Shown here: positions 9,033-18,924 of the stretch, piece after piece
Layout: each line of letters begins with the position of its first letter
How positions within the stretch are numbered: position 1 is the stretch's first letter
DNA from: an uncultured Coxiellaceae bacterium
GTDB taxonomy: Bacteria > Pseudomonadota > Gammaproteobacteria > DSM-16500
DNA length: 64,000 nucleotides
Assembly (NCBI GenBank): GCA_964449835.1
Contig: CAYVBZ010000002.1
Location: forward strand, 6,837 to 70,836
Direction: 5' to 3'
Translations under genes and position numbers: made by a program
Notes under the pieces: model-generated
The model's input: the letters and a program-made list of their open reading frames with translations, nothing else
Told to the model about the DNA's origin: nothing
Databases searched by the model: none

Positions 9033-10947
9033 GCTGTGCAGCGCCGTAATATTCGGGAAAGGCGAGGCTGGCTTTCCATTGGGTGAGCAAGCGCCGACAC
9101 TCTGGGAAGTTTTGATTATAGCTTGGCGCTTCTCCCTTAGCGAGGTGGTGGACTTCTTTGACGGTTTCGAGAATTTCGTCAGCGGTATTGTTTTGAATCT
9201 CTGCATCGTGCCGCTGCAGCACCTCAATATTAAACATACGCCAACGCCAGGGCGTTGAAGTCAGCTCTAACTGATTCAAAGGCCCCCCGGTTGAACGCAG
9301 GACCGGCTTGAAAACAAAACGCACGCGACTACTCCACACTTGAGCATCCGGCGAAGCGCAATTGACTAAAGCGCAGGGGAGGTTAAAACTAATGGCGACA
9401 TTCGTTAAACCTGAGGTTGTGCCGATGAAAAAACGCGCATGACGGACCAGATATAAGTCTAGAAGCTCAGATTTAACCTGAGAACGAGCATAATCAATGA
9501 CCTGCGCCATTTTCGGCAAAGCTGGCGCCTTGGGGCCGCCTAATTTAATGACCCAACCGCCTTGTGCTGTAATGTAACGTATTGCATCGAGATAGGTTTC
9601 AAGATCACCACTATTGCGGATCGCTTGCCCAAACCCGCCTAGCTCGCCATAAAACTCAGCATCGCGGACATGCAAGCAGACATACCAATCATCCGGCTGC
9701 ATGCCCCACTCTCTTTTGAGTTGGGCAACTTGGTCCTTTAAAGCCTGGGAGCCACCCTGTCCCTCATCAAAGGCCTGCAGCAAAGGGCAAGGCCTTTGTT
9801 CGGCTTCCCATTGCCCCATCAGTCTTGCGGCTGCCTCTTGCCAAGCAACCACTTCACCGTTTGAGAATTTCCAAGCATTGAAATTGATGCCACAGTAGCG
9901 TTGTAGAGAAAATAATTCCTGCGCCAGCGTTTCACTGATATTCACCCCACCCGTCAGGATGCGGGCCTGTTTTTCGAAGAGGGAAAGCATGACTTGATTG
10001 GCTGCCTTGCCCTTTGGGGACAGAAGCAAGGCGGGGCCAGACCACCAGCCGAGGTCGCGCATGCGAAAGAGAATTTCGAGCGAGCCTAAATGACCGATTT
10101 GTGTCACCCATTCCCAGGGCAGAATGTGCAGATTTTCAAAACGAAGCTGTTCCTTCTTGAGCCATTGTTCTAATTCGTGGGACAACACTGGCCTTGTTTT
10201 CATCAAATGGGCCTGGGTCTCAAAAGCCTTGCGAAAAAGATCGACCGCATACTCTCCTCTGCCGACCCGGATGACCCGCTGGCCCAGAAAATTGTAAGCG
10301 TCAAAAAGCAAACCCTTCGCACCGGCATTTTTATCCGTGGGCTGAGGGGGGTAAACATCCGGGTAGCGAGCGGCGATATTTTGATGTGGACACCAGCCAT
10401 CGGATACTTTATCGGCATATTGAAGCAGACAGGAGGAGGCCAGGTCTTCACGGCTGCCCAGTAAGGCAATAAAAGCTTTATAACGCAGAAGTTCAGGGGC
10501 CTTGGGAGTATATTCGGAACACAGCCTAAGAATGGCTTGGGCCTGATCAAACTCCCCATAGTCGAGATAATCGAGGGCGAGCGCCAGAAAGTTTTCATTG
10601 GCCCTTAAGGCAGGACTGCAGGTCGCAAACCAAGTATTAACGGCTTCAAAAATGCCCAGTCGAATATAAATACTAGCAGCCTGTAGCGGTAAGCCGGCCG
10701 TTAGAACAGATGAGAAATTATAATCCGGAGAAAGGCCCCGCTGATTTATGACCGCCTTAAAATCACTCGCCAAAAAATAAGAAAGCCGTCGATCAAAGAA
10801 TCGAGTCAGCGTGATGAATAAAAAAGATACTTTAAGAGGAAGAAGCTTGAAAAGCAGCCTAGAGCTTGCGAAAAAGACAGCCATGCCCTTTTTGACAAAG
10901 CGAGTTTCACGATGACGGATGAGCAAGGATTTGATGTGTTTTAACAT
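8971..10947 (-). CDS. large uncharacterised protein, paralog of 13741-15492; TPR-like N-terminus plus a conserved C-terminal domain (possible glycosyltransferase)
   Basis: Blocks shared with the paralog: DDWYVCLHVRDAEF, GGWVIKLGGP, VIDYARS, FFIGTTSG, NLPCALVN. From memory this resembles the uncharacterised TIGR04372-type putative glycosyltransferases; not verifiable here. Confidence 0.5.
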   Translation of the reverse strand: MLKHIKSLLIRHRETRFVKKGMAVFFASSRLLFKLLPLKVSFLFITLTRFFDRRLSYFLASDFKAVINQRGLSPDYNFSSVLTAGLPLQAASIYIRLGIFEAVNTWFATCSPALRANENFLALALDYLDYGEFDQAQAILRLCSEYTPKAPELLRYKAFIALLGSREDLASSCLLQYADKVSDGWCPHQNIAARYPDVYPPQPTDKNAGAKGLLFDAYNFLGQRVIRVGRGEYAVDLFRKAFETQAHLMKTRPVLSHELEQWLKKEQLRFENLHILPWEWVTQIGHLGSLEILFRMRDLGWWSGPALLLSPKGKAANQVMLSLFEKQARILTGGVNISETLAQELFSLQRYCGINFNAWKFSNGEVVAWQEAAARLMGQWEAEQRPCPLLQAFDEGQGGSQALKDQVAQLKREWGMQPDDWYVCLHVRDAEFYGELGGFGQAIRNSGDLETYLDAIRYITAQGGWVIKLGGPKAPALPKMAQVIDYARSQVKSELLDLYLVRHARFFIGTTSGLTNVAISFNLPCALVNCASPDAQVWSSRVRFVFKPVLRSTGGPLNQLELTSTPWRWRMFNIEVLQRHDAEIQNNTADEILETVKEVHHLAKGEAPSYNQNFPECRRLLTQWKASLAFPEYYGAAQPSLYYLQKHAETFLLPDKIG

Positions 10948-11056
10948 GCTAGATTTATACTACAGTCTTTTGATATTGTCATTATGGCCAGACTTGGCAT
11001 AAAATCCTCCAAGGCTTAACTGTTGGATGCCATTAACTGATGGAACAATAATTTTT

Positions 11057-12571
11057 ATGTTGTTTAATTCTTTTGAGTTTATTCTCTTATTTCTGCCACT
11101 GACCTTATTAGGTTATTTTTTGATTGCTCGCTTGACTAAGGCCCCCATTTATAGCCTTTCCTTTTTAGCGCTTGCTTCACTTGGCTTTTATGCTTATTGG
11201 GACCTTCGCTTTCTTGCCGTGATCGGATGTTCCATTCTTGTCAATTACTGTTTTGGCTTATTGCTTGGAAAACCTGCGCTTAAGCCAGGACCGCGCAAAC
11301 TCCTATTCATTGCTGCAATCGCGGCCAATCTTCTTGCGCTCGGGTTTTATAAATACATCAATTTTGGCATTCATGTTTTAAATAAAATTTCAGGTGGTTC
11401 GCTGGATGCTTTAGAGCTTGTTTTGCCTTTGGGCATCTCATTTTTTACCTTTACACAAATTACCTATTTGGCAGATATTTATTTAGGCTATCCCAGAGAA
11501 AGAAATTTTATTAAATATTTACTTTTCGTGACCTATTTTCCCCACTTGATTGCAGGGCCCATTCTTCATCATAAAGAAATGATGCCACAGTTTAGCGGCC
11601 AAGGAGGCAAGCGTCTTTCGGCCGAAAATCTAGCACTTGGGTTAACCGTATTTGCCATCGGTCTTTTTAAGAAATGTATTATTGCAGATGGTTTTTCCCA
11701 TATTGCAAATCCAGTCTTTAATTCCATTGGTCACAGTGTCATGGTCGCAAAGGATGCCTGGGGTGGCGCACTTGCCTACGCCTTGCAAATCTATTTTGAT
11801 TTTTCTGGCTACTCAGACATGGCCGTTGGGCTCTCGATTATGTTTGGAATTAAGCTCCCATTTAATTTCGAGGCCCCCTATAAATCCAGAAACATCATTG
11901 AATTTTGGCGCCGATGGCATATTACCCTCTCACGCTTATTACGTGATTACGTCTATATTCCGCTGGGGGGGAACCAGCATGGTAAATTTAGGCGGTATTT
12001 TAATCTCTTAACAACGATGATTTTAGGTGGGTTGTGGCATGGTGCAGGCTGGACCTACCTTGCCTGGGGATACCTGCATGGTTGTTATCTGATTATTAAT
12101 CATGCTTGGAAAAAACTCCTCCCAAAAAATCAGTTGCTCACAAAGATATCCGGTACGCTTCCCTATGCCCTTTTTTCTCTGCTCCTGACACAAATCGCAG
12201 TCGTGGTTGCTTGGGTCTATTTTCGTGCGGACTCATTAAGAGTGGCCCACCGGATGCTTGGCATGATGTTCCATCTCGGAAAATTCAGACATAAAGCTGA
12301 AATTGCACCGGCGATCGTCACTAATCTTCATTTGGCTCTTATTGCCTTTGTTTACCTGAGTTGTTTCCTCTTGCCGAACATTAGCGCCATGTTTAACAAA
12401 CAGGCCTTGGCCTTTAAAACCTATGAAAACCAAGCTTCTTGGAGCCTGTTATCACTGCAATGGAAACTTAGCCTTTCATGGGCCATTCTTACAACCTTAC
12501 TTCTATTAATTTCTATTCTTGTTATTTTGATCGTTGGAGATGGCAGTCAATTTTTGTATTTTAAATTTTAA
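11057..12571 (+). CDS. MBOAT family membrane O-acyltransferase (AlgI/DltB/PatA-like)
   Basis: Canonical N-terminus MLFNSFEFILLF. FDFSGYSDMAVG, EFWRRWHITLS and the catalytic-His region GGLWHGAGW. ATG at 11057 preferred over the listed 11027. Confidence 0.85.
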   Translation: MLFNSFEFILLFLPLTLLGYFLIARLTKAPIYSLSFLALASLGFYAYWDLRFLAVIGCSILVNYCFGLLLGKPALKPGPRKLLFIAAIAANLLALGFYKYINFGIHVLNKISGGSLDALELVLPLGISFFTFTQITYLADIYLGYPRERNFIKYLLFVTYFPHLIAGPILHHKEMMPQFSGQGGKRLSAENLALGLTVFAIGLFKKCIIADGFSHIANPVFNSIGHSVMVAKDAWGGALAYALQIYFDFSGYSDMAVGLSIMFGIKLPFNFEAPYKSRNIIEFWRRWHITLSRLLRDYVYIPLGGNQHGKFRRYFNLLTTMILGGLWHGAGWTYLAWGYLHGCYLIINHAWKKLLPKNQLLTKISGTLPYALFSLLLTQIAVVVAWVYFRADSLRVAHRMLGMMFHLGKFRHKAEIAPAIVTNLHLALIAFVYLSCFLLPNISAMFNKQALAFKTYENQASWSLLSLQWKLSLSWAILTTLLLLISILVILIVGDGSQFLYFKF

Positions 12572-12594
12572 TGAATTTACCTAGCGGGTAAAGA

Positions 12595-13644
12595 ATGAAT
12601 CAGCAACTATTTGGACCGATTCGCTATCTTTTTTTAGTATTAGCTTTGCTGCTCGCGGTGTGTGCTGCCCTTCTTTTTTGGGGATTAGGAAAAATGAAAG
12701 CAGGGTCGGACCATTTTGGGCAAATACCGCTCAACGGAGACCCCTCCTATTATCAAAATTGGGGTGATCACGTCACACGCGAAATACAAGATCGTGATAT
12801 TTTCTATCATCATGTGGGAAAGTCGATCGATTATGCAAAAAAAGCTGACATTATTATCTTGGGCCACTCCATGCTCTTATTTGGATTGCGCGGCGAAATC
12901 CTAGCGCAATTTGAAAAAAAGTATGGAATCAAAATTTATAATCTCGCCTCTGCCGGAGATGCCAGTGGGGAGTTTTTAAGACGGGTGATTAAGCGTTGGG
13001 GATTAAGACCTAAACTATGGATTATCAATGCCGACGACCATGCGGCCAATTTTTTTAACGTTTCCTTAGATGATTTTGGCGCTTCGAATGGCAGTTCTGC
13101 CATTCGCGTCGTAAAATATAACCGCATCAATGGCTATCTGCGAGTCGTTGGAAGAAACCTTCGTTGGCGAATTGAAGACCTCCTGATTGCCTATTTACCA
13201 ACCAAAATAACCAAGCGTTTATTCTCAGCGCCCGTTCTAACCTGTTGGCGACATGTTCAATCCGGAAACTGGTATCTTGATCAAACCCCAGTCTATGTTA
13301 AACCTGATAACTCACTGATTAAACTGGCCCGCCCTCAAGACTGTCATACCAATCCAGAGGAAATTCAACGCGCTCAAAAATATTTATCTGAAATCGAGGG
13401 CCATAGCATTTTAATGCTCATGCCCTACCACAATTTTTGCCCCCTGCGAGTACGTGAAATTGCAAAGGCCTTGAAAATTGAAGCAGTCCTGCCAAAGCGG
13501 GTGGCCTTTTCAACTTGGGACAACGGCGGTCATTTGGACCGCAAGGGCGCCATTGCCTTTACTCAGTTATTTCTAGCCCAATTAGAACATACGACCGCCT
13601 TTAAAAAACTGGTCCATGACAAGCAATCCAGGAGAAATAGCTAG
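12595..13644 (+). CDS. membrane-anchored SGNH-like protein, putative O-acyltransferase partner of the MBOAT (PatB/AlgJ-analogous)
   Basis: N-terminal TM anchor. IIILGHSML is a GDS-like block and WDNGGHLDRKGA a DxxH-like block. Lies immediately downstream of the MBOAT. Paralog at 27174-28190. Confidence 0.4.
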   Translation: MNQQLFGPIRYLFLVLALLLAVCAALLFWGLGKMKAGSDHFGQIPLNGDPSYYQNWGDHVTREIQDRDIFYHHVGKSIDYAKKADIIILGHSMLLFGLRGEILAQFEKKYGIKIYNLASAGDASGEFLRRVIKRWGLRPKLWIINADDHAANFFNVSLDDFGASNGSSAIRVVKYNRINGYLRVVGRNLRWRIEDLLIAYLPTKITKRLFSAPVLTCWRHVQSGNWYLDQTPVYVKPDNSLIKLARPQDCHTNPEEIQRAQKYLSEIEGHSILMLMPYHNFCPLRVREIAKALKIEAVLPKRVAFSTWDNGGHLDRKGAIAFTQLFLAQLEHTTAFKKLVHDKQSRRNS

Positions 13645-13740
13645 GATAAACAATTGCGGATAAACCCTGGATAAGGACTATTCTTAGCCTTTCAGTAACA
13701 CTCCTTTTTGAGGCAATTCGGGTCCAAGCGAAATCTTAAA

Positions 13741-15492
13741 TTAACTTACCGCTAACAATTGTTCACTTGGCAAAAAAATATCAGCGTGTTTTTCCACAAA
13801 AGTTCTTGCTAAACGACTACCCATATAGCTGCCATACTGTTTCGCAATACTGCGGTAGTAATCTTCAAAGATTGCGGATGCACCAACGCTCATACGTGGT
13901 TGTTCAACAGCAAGATTACACTGAGCGAGCATCTCTAAAGTAATCTGAGCAATCTCTTCTGGTGTATTCGCAACCAATTCAATATTTGAGGGTAAATCAC
14001 TCCAGTTTTGGAGAAAAGCAAGACCCTGCTCAAATATTTCTTCTAGAGACAAATATTGGCCGGTATTCTTGTCACGAAAAAGTTTTGGAATCATTAAATC
14101 ATGACGCAACCATAAAGGCCAACCGATGGGTACCCAGTTAGTCAAAGCGCAGGGTACATTATACATAGCACAAACATTCACGTAGCCGGAATTGGTACCT
14201 AAAATAAACTTGCAACCCGCGCCCAGGAAAACGTCCGCTGTTTGCGATTTATAAGGACTATGCGCATAATCAACAACATTACGCATAGGAGCTAAGGGTT
14301 TCATACTCGGATCTCCCATTCGCAACACCCAGCCACCGGCATTGACAATTTTCTCAATTGCCAAAGTATAATCGTTAATATTCGCATCTCGCATAGAAGG
14401 GTAAAGTGAATTCCAGTCTTTATGGAATCCAGCCTCTCTTACATGCAAACAAACATACCAAGCATCAGCGGGGACACCTAAATAAGAAAGATAATTCGAA
14501 ATCCATTGTCTCTCCATTTCAGACAAGAAGAATAAAGGTTGATGTTGGGCTTTCTCCCATTCACGCTGTATCCGAGCAAGCGCATAAGTCACCCCTAGAA
14601 CTTCGCCATCGGGGAAATTGAACTCCCAAAACTCATCGGTAAATGAAGCAATCTCAGCGGAAGAAAGCTGGTCCCACCTAGGATAACCACGCCTCATCGC
14701 CCACTGATTATAGTCCTCTTCCAAGTTTTCTGGCGTTACAACCTTAATGCCCAATGGTTCAAATTTATTTATCAAATCAGTCCAAGGAATTTGTTGGGGC
14801 TGCCAAGGCGCGACCACATGAATATCCTTTTCTCCAAATAACTTTAAATACTTAATATAGTAATCAAGCTGTCCAATATGCCCAAACGCTGCGTGCCAGC
14901 CGGGGCCCAAAATTCTATATCCTTTGGGTGTGGACGGTTTTAATAAAGCGCCGCGTAATTGGCCCGTTAAACGCCAAAAATAATTAGCTTCATCATTTCT
15001 TCCTGATAGAAAATGAACAATCCCCAAATAGCGCAGTGCTTTAAATTGCACCTCCAAAGGCACATAACTTGAATTCCTTTGAGTAAGGTCAAGAAAACCG
15101 ACTTGAGCCAAATCAAGGCGGCCCAAGCCCATAAAGTGCTGGGCCCATTCAAAACGTCCTTCAACATTAAGCTGCGTTCTATCCAAGAAACTAACATAAT
15201 CGTCCATGTTAATTGTCTTATCTCCCGTCAACGCTCTAATTAAAAATATATCTGGTAGAAAACGCGACGAAACTGCAGATTCAGATTTCTTATTTGCAAT
15301 TTTACTTTTTTGCACGAACATCAAAAGCTTAAAATAATCCTCGCCAAAAAAATAATAGAGCGGCGCACAGAGTAATTTTGCAGCCCAAGCTATCGGAAAA
15401 AAAGCTGAGTATTGCCCTCTTGAGAGTATTGCAATGAGCTCAATGAAAAATTTTTGCCGTTTGAAAAAATTTTTAAGTTTTCTTATTATCAT
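13741..15492 (-). CDS. large uncharacterised protein, paralog of 8971-10947 (possible glycosyltransferase)
   Basis: Shared blocks DAWYVCLHVREAGF, GGWVLRMGDP, VVDYAHS, FILGTNSG, NVPCALTN. I chose the ATG at 15492, which forms an ATGA overlap with the upstream methyltransferase stop, over the listed 15546. Confidence 0.5.
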   Translation of the reverse strand: MIIRKLKNFFKRQKFFIELIAILSRGQYSAFFPIAWAAKLLCAPLYYFFGEDYFKLLMFVQKSKIANKKSESAVSSRFLPDIFLIRALTGDKTINMDDYVSFLDRTQLNVEGRFEWAQHFMGLGRLDLAQVGFLDLTQRNSSYVPLEVQFKALRYLGIVHFLSGRNDEANYFWRLTGQLRGALLKPSTPKGYRILGPGWHAAFGHIGQLDYYIKYLKLFGEKDIHVVAPWQPQQIPWTDLINKFEPLGIKVVTPENLEEDYNQWAMRRGYPRWDQLSSAEIASFTDEFWEFNFPDGEVLGVTYALARIQREWEKAQHQPLFFLSEMERQWISNYLSYLGVPADAWYVCLHVREAGFHKDWNSLYPSMRDANINDYTLAIEKIVNAGGWVLRMGDPSMKPLAPMRNVVDYAHSPYKSQTADVFLGAGCKFILGTNSGYVNVCAMYNVPCALTNWVPIGWPLWLRHDLMIPKLFRDKNTGQYLSLEEIFEQGLAFLQNWSDLPSNIELVANTPEEIAQITLEMLAQCNLAVEQPRMSVGASAIFEDYYRSIAKQYGSYMGSRLARTFVEKHADIFLPSEQLLAVS

Positions 15493-16664
15493 GGTTTCAT
15501 CCGCATTAAAGAAACATAAACCGTCTCCCTGCCAAATAAGCCGCAAAAAAATGACATCTTCGCAACGCTATCACTGTTTATTAAAGCAGGAGACGCCATT
15601 AAGTTCCGGGCCTCAAGCAACCCATGGCGGGCCGCCCTTAAATGGCTTGGAAGCAGGGCAATAAAATCATCAAGAATTTGCAGAGTTTTGTTAGCAAAGG
15701 CCAGAACAGAATCTTGTTTAAGCTGTGCATCCTCATGCTCCGCTGCCGCAGCTAAGAGTTCTAAGGCTTTTTTCTCAAGCTGTATGTTAAGGGCCTTATC
15801 ACCCGTCATTGTCTTTTCACGGAAATCCAAAAAATTATGGGCCTTTCGCCAATACTCCAACAGAAAATGCTGATTAAAAGCACGTTCCTTGCCGTGCAAA
15901 GCTTTAAACCACCGCCAATCTTCAGAGAAAGCAGGCGAAGACCCCATGATCTCAAAGTGTTCACCTAAACGCTCAAGCAAAAGAGGAATACTGAGTGCCA
16001 GGCCAAAATAAGCTGGATTGATCATATTGTCTTGCACCCAATCTACGATATTCCGTGTCATCGCAGACATCGTCGTCAGATGATTTTTAAAAGCTGAAGC
16101 TAAGAGTTCTGTGCGCTCTTGAAATCCCTTATTCATTGGTGCAATGTAGCTTGCCATGAAGCGGCGTAGCACATTAGGCAAAAATCCAATAGGGGATATT
16201 GTTGTTAGAACCAACATTCCCTGCTCCGCAACTAAATCACTTATTCGATTCATCAGGGATAGCTCTCGCATAGAACTGCCAAGCCAGTTTTCACACAAAA
16301 CGATGTCGAAATGACTCTTCGGCGAATACTCTTCAATCGAGCTCGCAATAATTTCAGGTGTGGTATGCGACAAAGCAAAACACTTATAAGCTTGATGTAT
16401 ATACTCAACCGCCGTTTCATTGGGCTCGAGTAAAACCAAGCTCGAAGGAAGCGTTTGAGCAACATATAAACTATTATGGCCCGTGCCCGCCGCGACTTCC
16501 AGAACGCTTGCTTTTTTAAAAGAGACCGGCAAAAGTCCCAACCTTGCATATAGCGCAAAACGACGTTCTAAATGAGCATCCAAACTGCTTAAATCATAGC
16601 GTACTGGTGTAATTTTATGTTCACGGTAAAACTCTAAATGCGTCTGGCGGACAGCTTGATTCAT
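15489..16664 (-). CDS. class I SAM-dependent methyltransferase
   Basis: VLEVAAGTGHNSLYV (SAM motif I) and DIVLCENWL (motif II-like). Confidence 0.7.
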   Translation of the reverse strand: MNQAVRQTHLEFYREHKITPVRYDLSSLDAHLERRFALYARLGLLPVSFKKASVLEVAAGTGHNSLYVAQTLPSSLVLLEPNETAVEYIHQAYKCFALSHTTPEIIASSIEEYSPKSHFDIVLCENWLGSSMRELSLMNRISDLVAEQGMLVLTTISPIGFLPNVLRRFMASYIAPMNKGFQERTELLASAFKNHLTTMSAMTRNIVDWVQDNMINPAYFGLALSIPLLLERLGEHFEIMGSSPAFSEDWRWFKALHGKERAFNQHFLLEYWRKAHNFLDFREKTMTGDKALNIQLEKKALELLAAAAEHEDAQLKQDSVLAFANKTLQILDDFIALLPSHLRAARHGLLEARNLMASPALINSDSVAKMSFFCGLFGRETVYVSLMRMKP

Positions 16665-16695
16665 CTTTAATCTTCCCTTTTTGCGAGCATCATTT

Positions 16696-17502
16696 TTATA
16701 CGTGCTCTTTTCTTTTCTGTGAATTCATTAGCTCACTGAAGTTAGCCCGCGCCATTACCATCGTAATTTCGGCGCTAACCCGTGTTTTATTACTTTTATT
16801 AACAACGCCGCCATGTAGGATATCTTCATTAAAGATAAGAAGATTCCCAGGCCCTGTAGGCACTAAAGCAGCGCCCAGCTTTATAAGGTCCTCATCGGGA
16901 ACTGGCCTTTGCACACCGGTTTCATCTTCTTCCAAATGATATTTCCACTCCCGCAAATGAGAGCCGCCCAATAAGCACAAGCCGCTTTTGCCTGGTTCAC
17001 AATAAATAGGGATCCATATCTTGACCGTCACTTGATCTTTGGTATACATGCCATAGCCGCTATTAATCGCACCATGAAACCAACTGTCCTTGTGCAGGGA
17101 GCCCACGTCACTTTCGACGTTTGGCCGTACCAAACGCCAATAGACTTCCTCTCGGCCATAATGTTGCTTCACTTCGATCACATCAGAGATTGCAAACTCT
17201 CCAAATTCATCTTTCAGTTGAGCTAAAAAAGGAAATTTTTTAATTTGATTGACCACCTCCTGTGGGAAAACCCTATTTATTTTAGGCCACAAACCTTTAT
17301 GATCAATACGATCTGCGATAAGATGATAGTTCTCAATTCCTAGTTTTTCAGCTTCTGCCACTATCCCAGGACAATTTGCGCTAAGATGAGAAAGCCAATG
17401 CTCACTGATACGAGCGCGAAAAAAATCGAGCTCCTTAGCTGATAATTTCATATCAGCCGAATATCCTTTTTGACCGAAAACTTGCTCCTTAAGTTTCAAC
17501 AT
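16696..17502 (-). CDS. Fe(II)/2-oxoglutarate dioxygenase, PhyH-like
   Basis: HKD (HxD) within GSLHKDSWFHG, plus a distal His in FNEDILHGGVVN. Size and layout fit the phytanoyl-CoA dioxygenase superfamily. Confidence 0.5.
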   Translation of the reverse strand: MLKLKEQVFGQKGYSADMKLSAKELDFFRARISEHWLSHLSANCPGIVAEAEKLGIENYHLIADRIDHKGLWPKINRVFPQEVVNQIKKFPFLAQLKDEFGEFAISDVIEVKQHYGREEVYWRLVRPNVESDVGSLHKDSWFHGAINSGYGMYTKDQVTVKIWIPIYCEPGKSGLCLLGGSHLREWKYHLEEDETGVQRPVPDEDLIKLGAALVPTGPGNLLIFNEDILHGGVVNKSNKTRVSAEITMVMARANFSELMNSQKRKEHV

Positions 17503-17721
17503 TTATAAACCTTTATTTTGCCAATCAACCTCAGCAAATTGCACAAAAAATAACATCCAATACAATATCAGTCAAGAACCTAGCATCGCTCAAAACAGAT
17601 TGTATTATTATGAAAATAAAAAAGGAAGAATTTTATCTAATGCTCTAATTTGGATTGCCATTTATTTCTACTTAGGATAGAAATATATTCTAAAGTTTAT
17701 TACTCACGATGATTACAGATA

Positions 17722-18924
17722 ATGAAGCCTAGCTCACACTCTCAGTTTTTACCTTATTTTGATGGACTCCGAGGGCTGGCAGCTCTTGTTGTCTTTTTGG
17801 GCCACTCCGCCTGTTCGGTTTATCCTGCTTTGACCTCGGGCAACCTAGACTTATCTGGCTTATCGATCTTACCCACCCTCGCTAGAACGCCTTTCTCTCT
17901 ACTCACGGCAGCCAATTCTGCAGTGTGCATTTTTTTTGTTTTAAGTGGATTTGTGATGTCAATGGTGTCAGCCCGAAGTCAGGAAAGCTTCATGGCCATT
18001 TCAACTAGGCGCTATTTACGCTTGGCAGGCCCTGCTATGGGGTGCTGTCTTTTAAGCGCCTTTTTATTAAAACATCACCTCTATTTCAACCAAGCTGTCG
18101 CGGGCCTCACAGCCAGTACCTGGTTAAAACAATGGTTTCTCTTTGATGGTCACTACCACATCGCTTTAAAAGAAGGTCTAAGCGGTATATTCCGTAATCC
18201 TAGCTCGACCTATAATTCCAGCTTGTGGACCATGTACGTAGAATTGTGGGGTTCTCTCGCCATATTTTCAGTCGTTTATTTGGTCGAAAATAAATATTTA
18301 CGCCTACTCACCTTTGCCATTGCCTGCAGACTTTCAGCACACTATTTCGATCGCTATGAATTCTTCTGCATCTTTGCCGGCGCTGTTTCATATAACTTGC
18401 ACCAACTATTTACCTTCCCAAACAAATTAAAAAACCTTAACACCGCTTGTGTTTTGGCTGGCCTATTCCTATGCTCCTATCCCGATTTTGCTCCTCTAGG
18501 AAATGGCGGGATTGTATACAACTGGCTTGCCAGTCGATTTTTTGTTACCTGGTATCATGCTTTAGGTGCTGTTTTAATCGTACACTTTATCCATGGTTCG
18601 ACTTTGTTCAGGAAATTTTTCTCTGCCCCTCCTCTTCTCTGGCTTGGAAAAGTTTCTTTTTCATTCTATCTACTTCACTTGCCTGTTATCTGTAGCTTAG
18701 GCGCTGGTTTAATCTACTTACTTCACTCCACCCTGAGCTACAATGAAATGACCTTCATCGTTATTTTGAGCACAGGTATCGTTTCTTTATCTTTAGCAGC
18801 CCTCTATGAAAAGTCCGTCGACAGGCTATTTATTCGCCTGGGGCACTGGTTCTCTCATAAAATAGATCGGCTCTTTCCAACTTATGGAACCAAAGTACCG
18901 AGCTTGGCAACTGCCGCTTCGTAA
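17722..18924 (+). CDS. acyltransferase family 3 (OafA/NolL-type integral membrane O-acyltransferase)
   Basis: FDGLRGLAALVVFLGH N-terminal signature; polytopic membrane protein. Confidence 0.8.
   Translation: MKPSSHSQFLPYFDGLRGLAALVVFLGHSACSVYPALTSGNLDLSGLSILPTLARTPFSLLTAANSAVCIFFVLSGFVMSMVSARSQESFMAISTRRYLRLAGPAMGCCLLSAFLLKHHLYFNQAVAGLTASTWLKQWFLFDGHYHIALKEGLSGIFRNPSSTYNSSLWTMYVELWGSLAIFSVVYLVENKYLRLLTFAIACRLSAHYFDRYEFFCIFAGAVSYNLHQLFTFPNKLKNLNTACVLAGLFLCSYPDFAPLGNGGIVYNWLASRFFVTWYHALGAVLIVHFIHGSTLFRKFFSAPPLLWLGKVSFSFYLLHLPVICSLGAGLIYLLHSTLSYNEMTFIVILSTGIVSLSLAALYEKSVDRLFIRLGHWFSHKIDRLFPTYGTKVPSLATAAS

Noticed and set aside
17503-17721. AT-rich 219-nt divergent intergenic region with a 7-bp inverted repeat (ATTTCTA..TAGAAAT) as a specific regulatory site
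   Set aside because: It is likely to hold divergent promoters. However, the inverted repeat is short and AT-rich, so it is expected by chance, and I could not identify convincing -35/-10 pairs.
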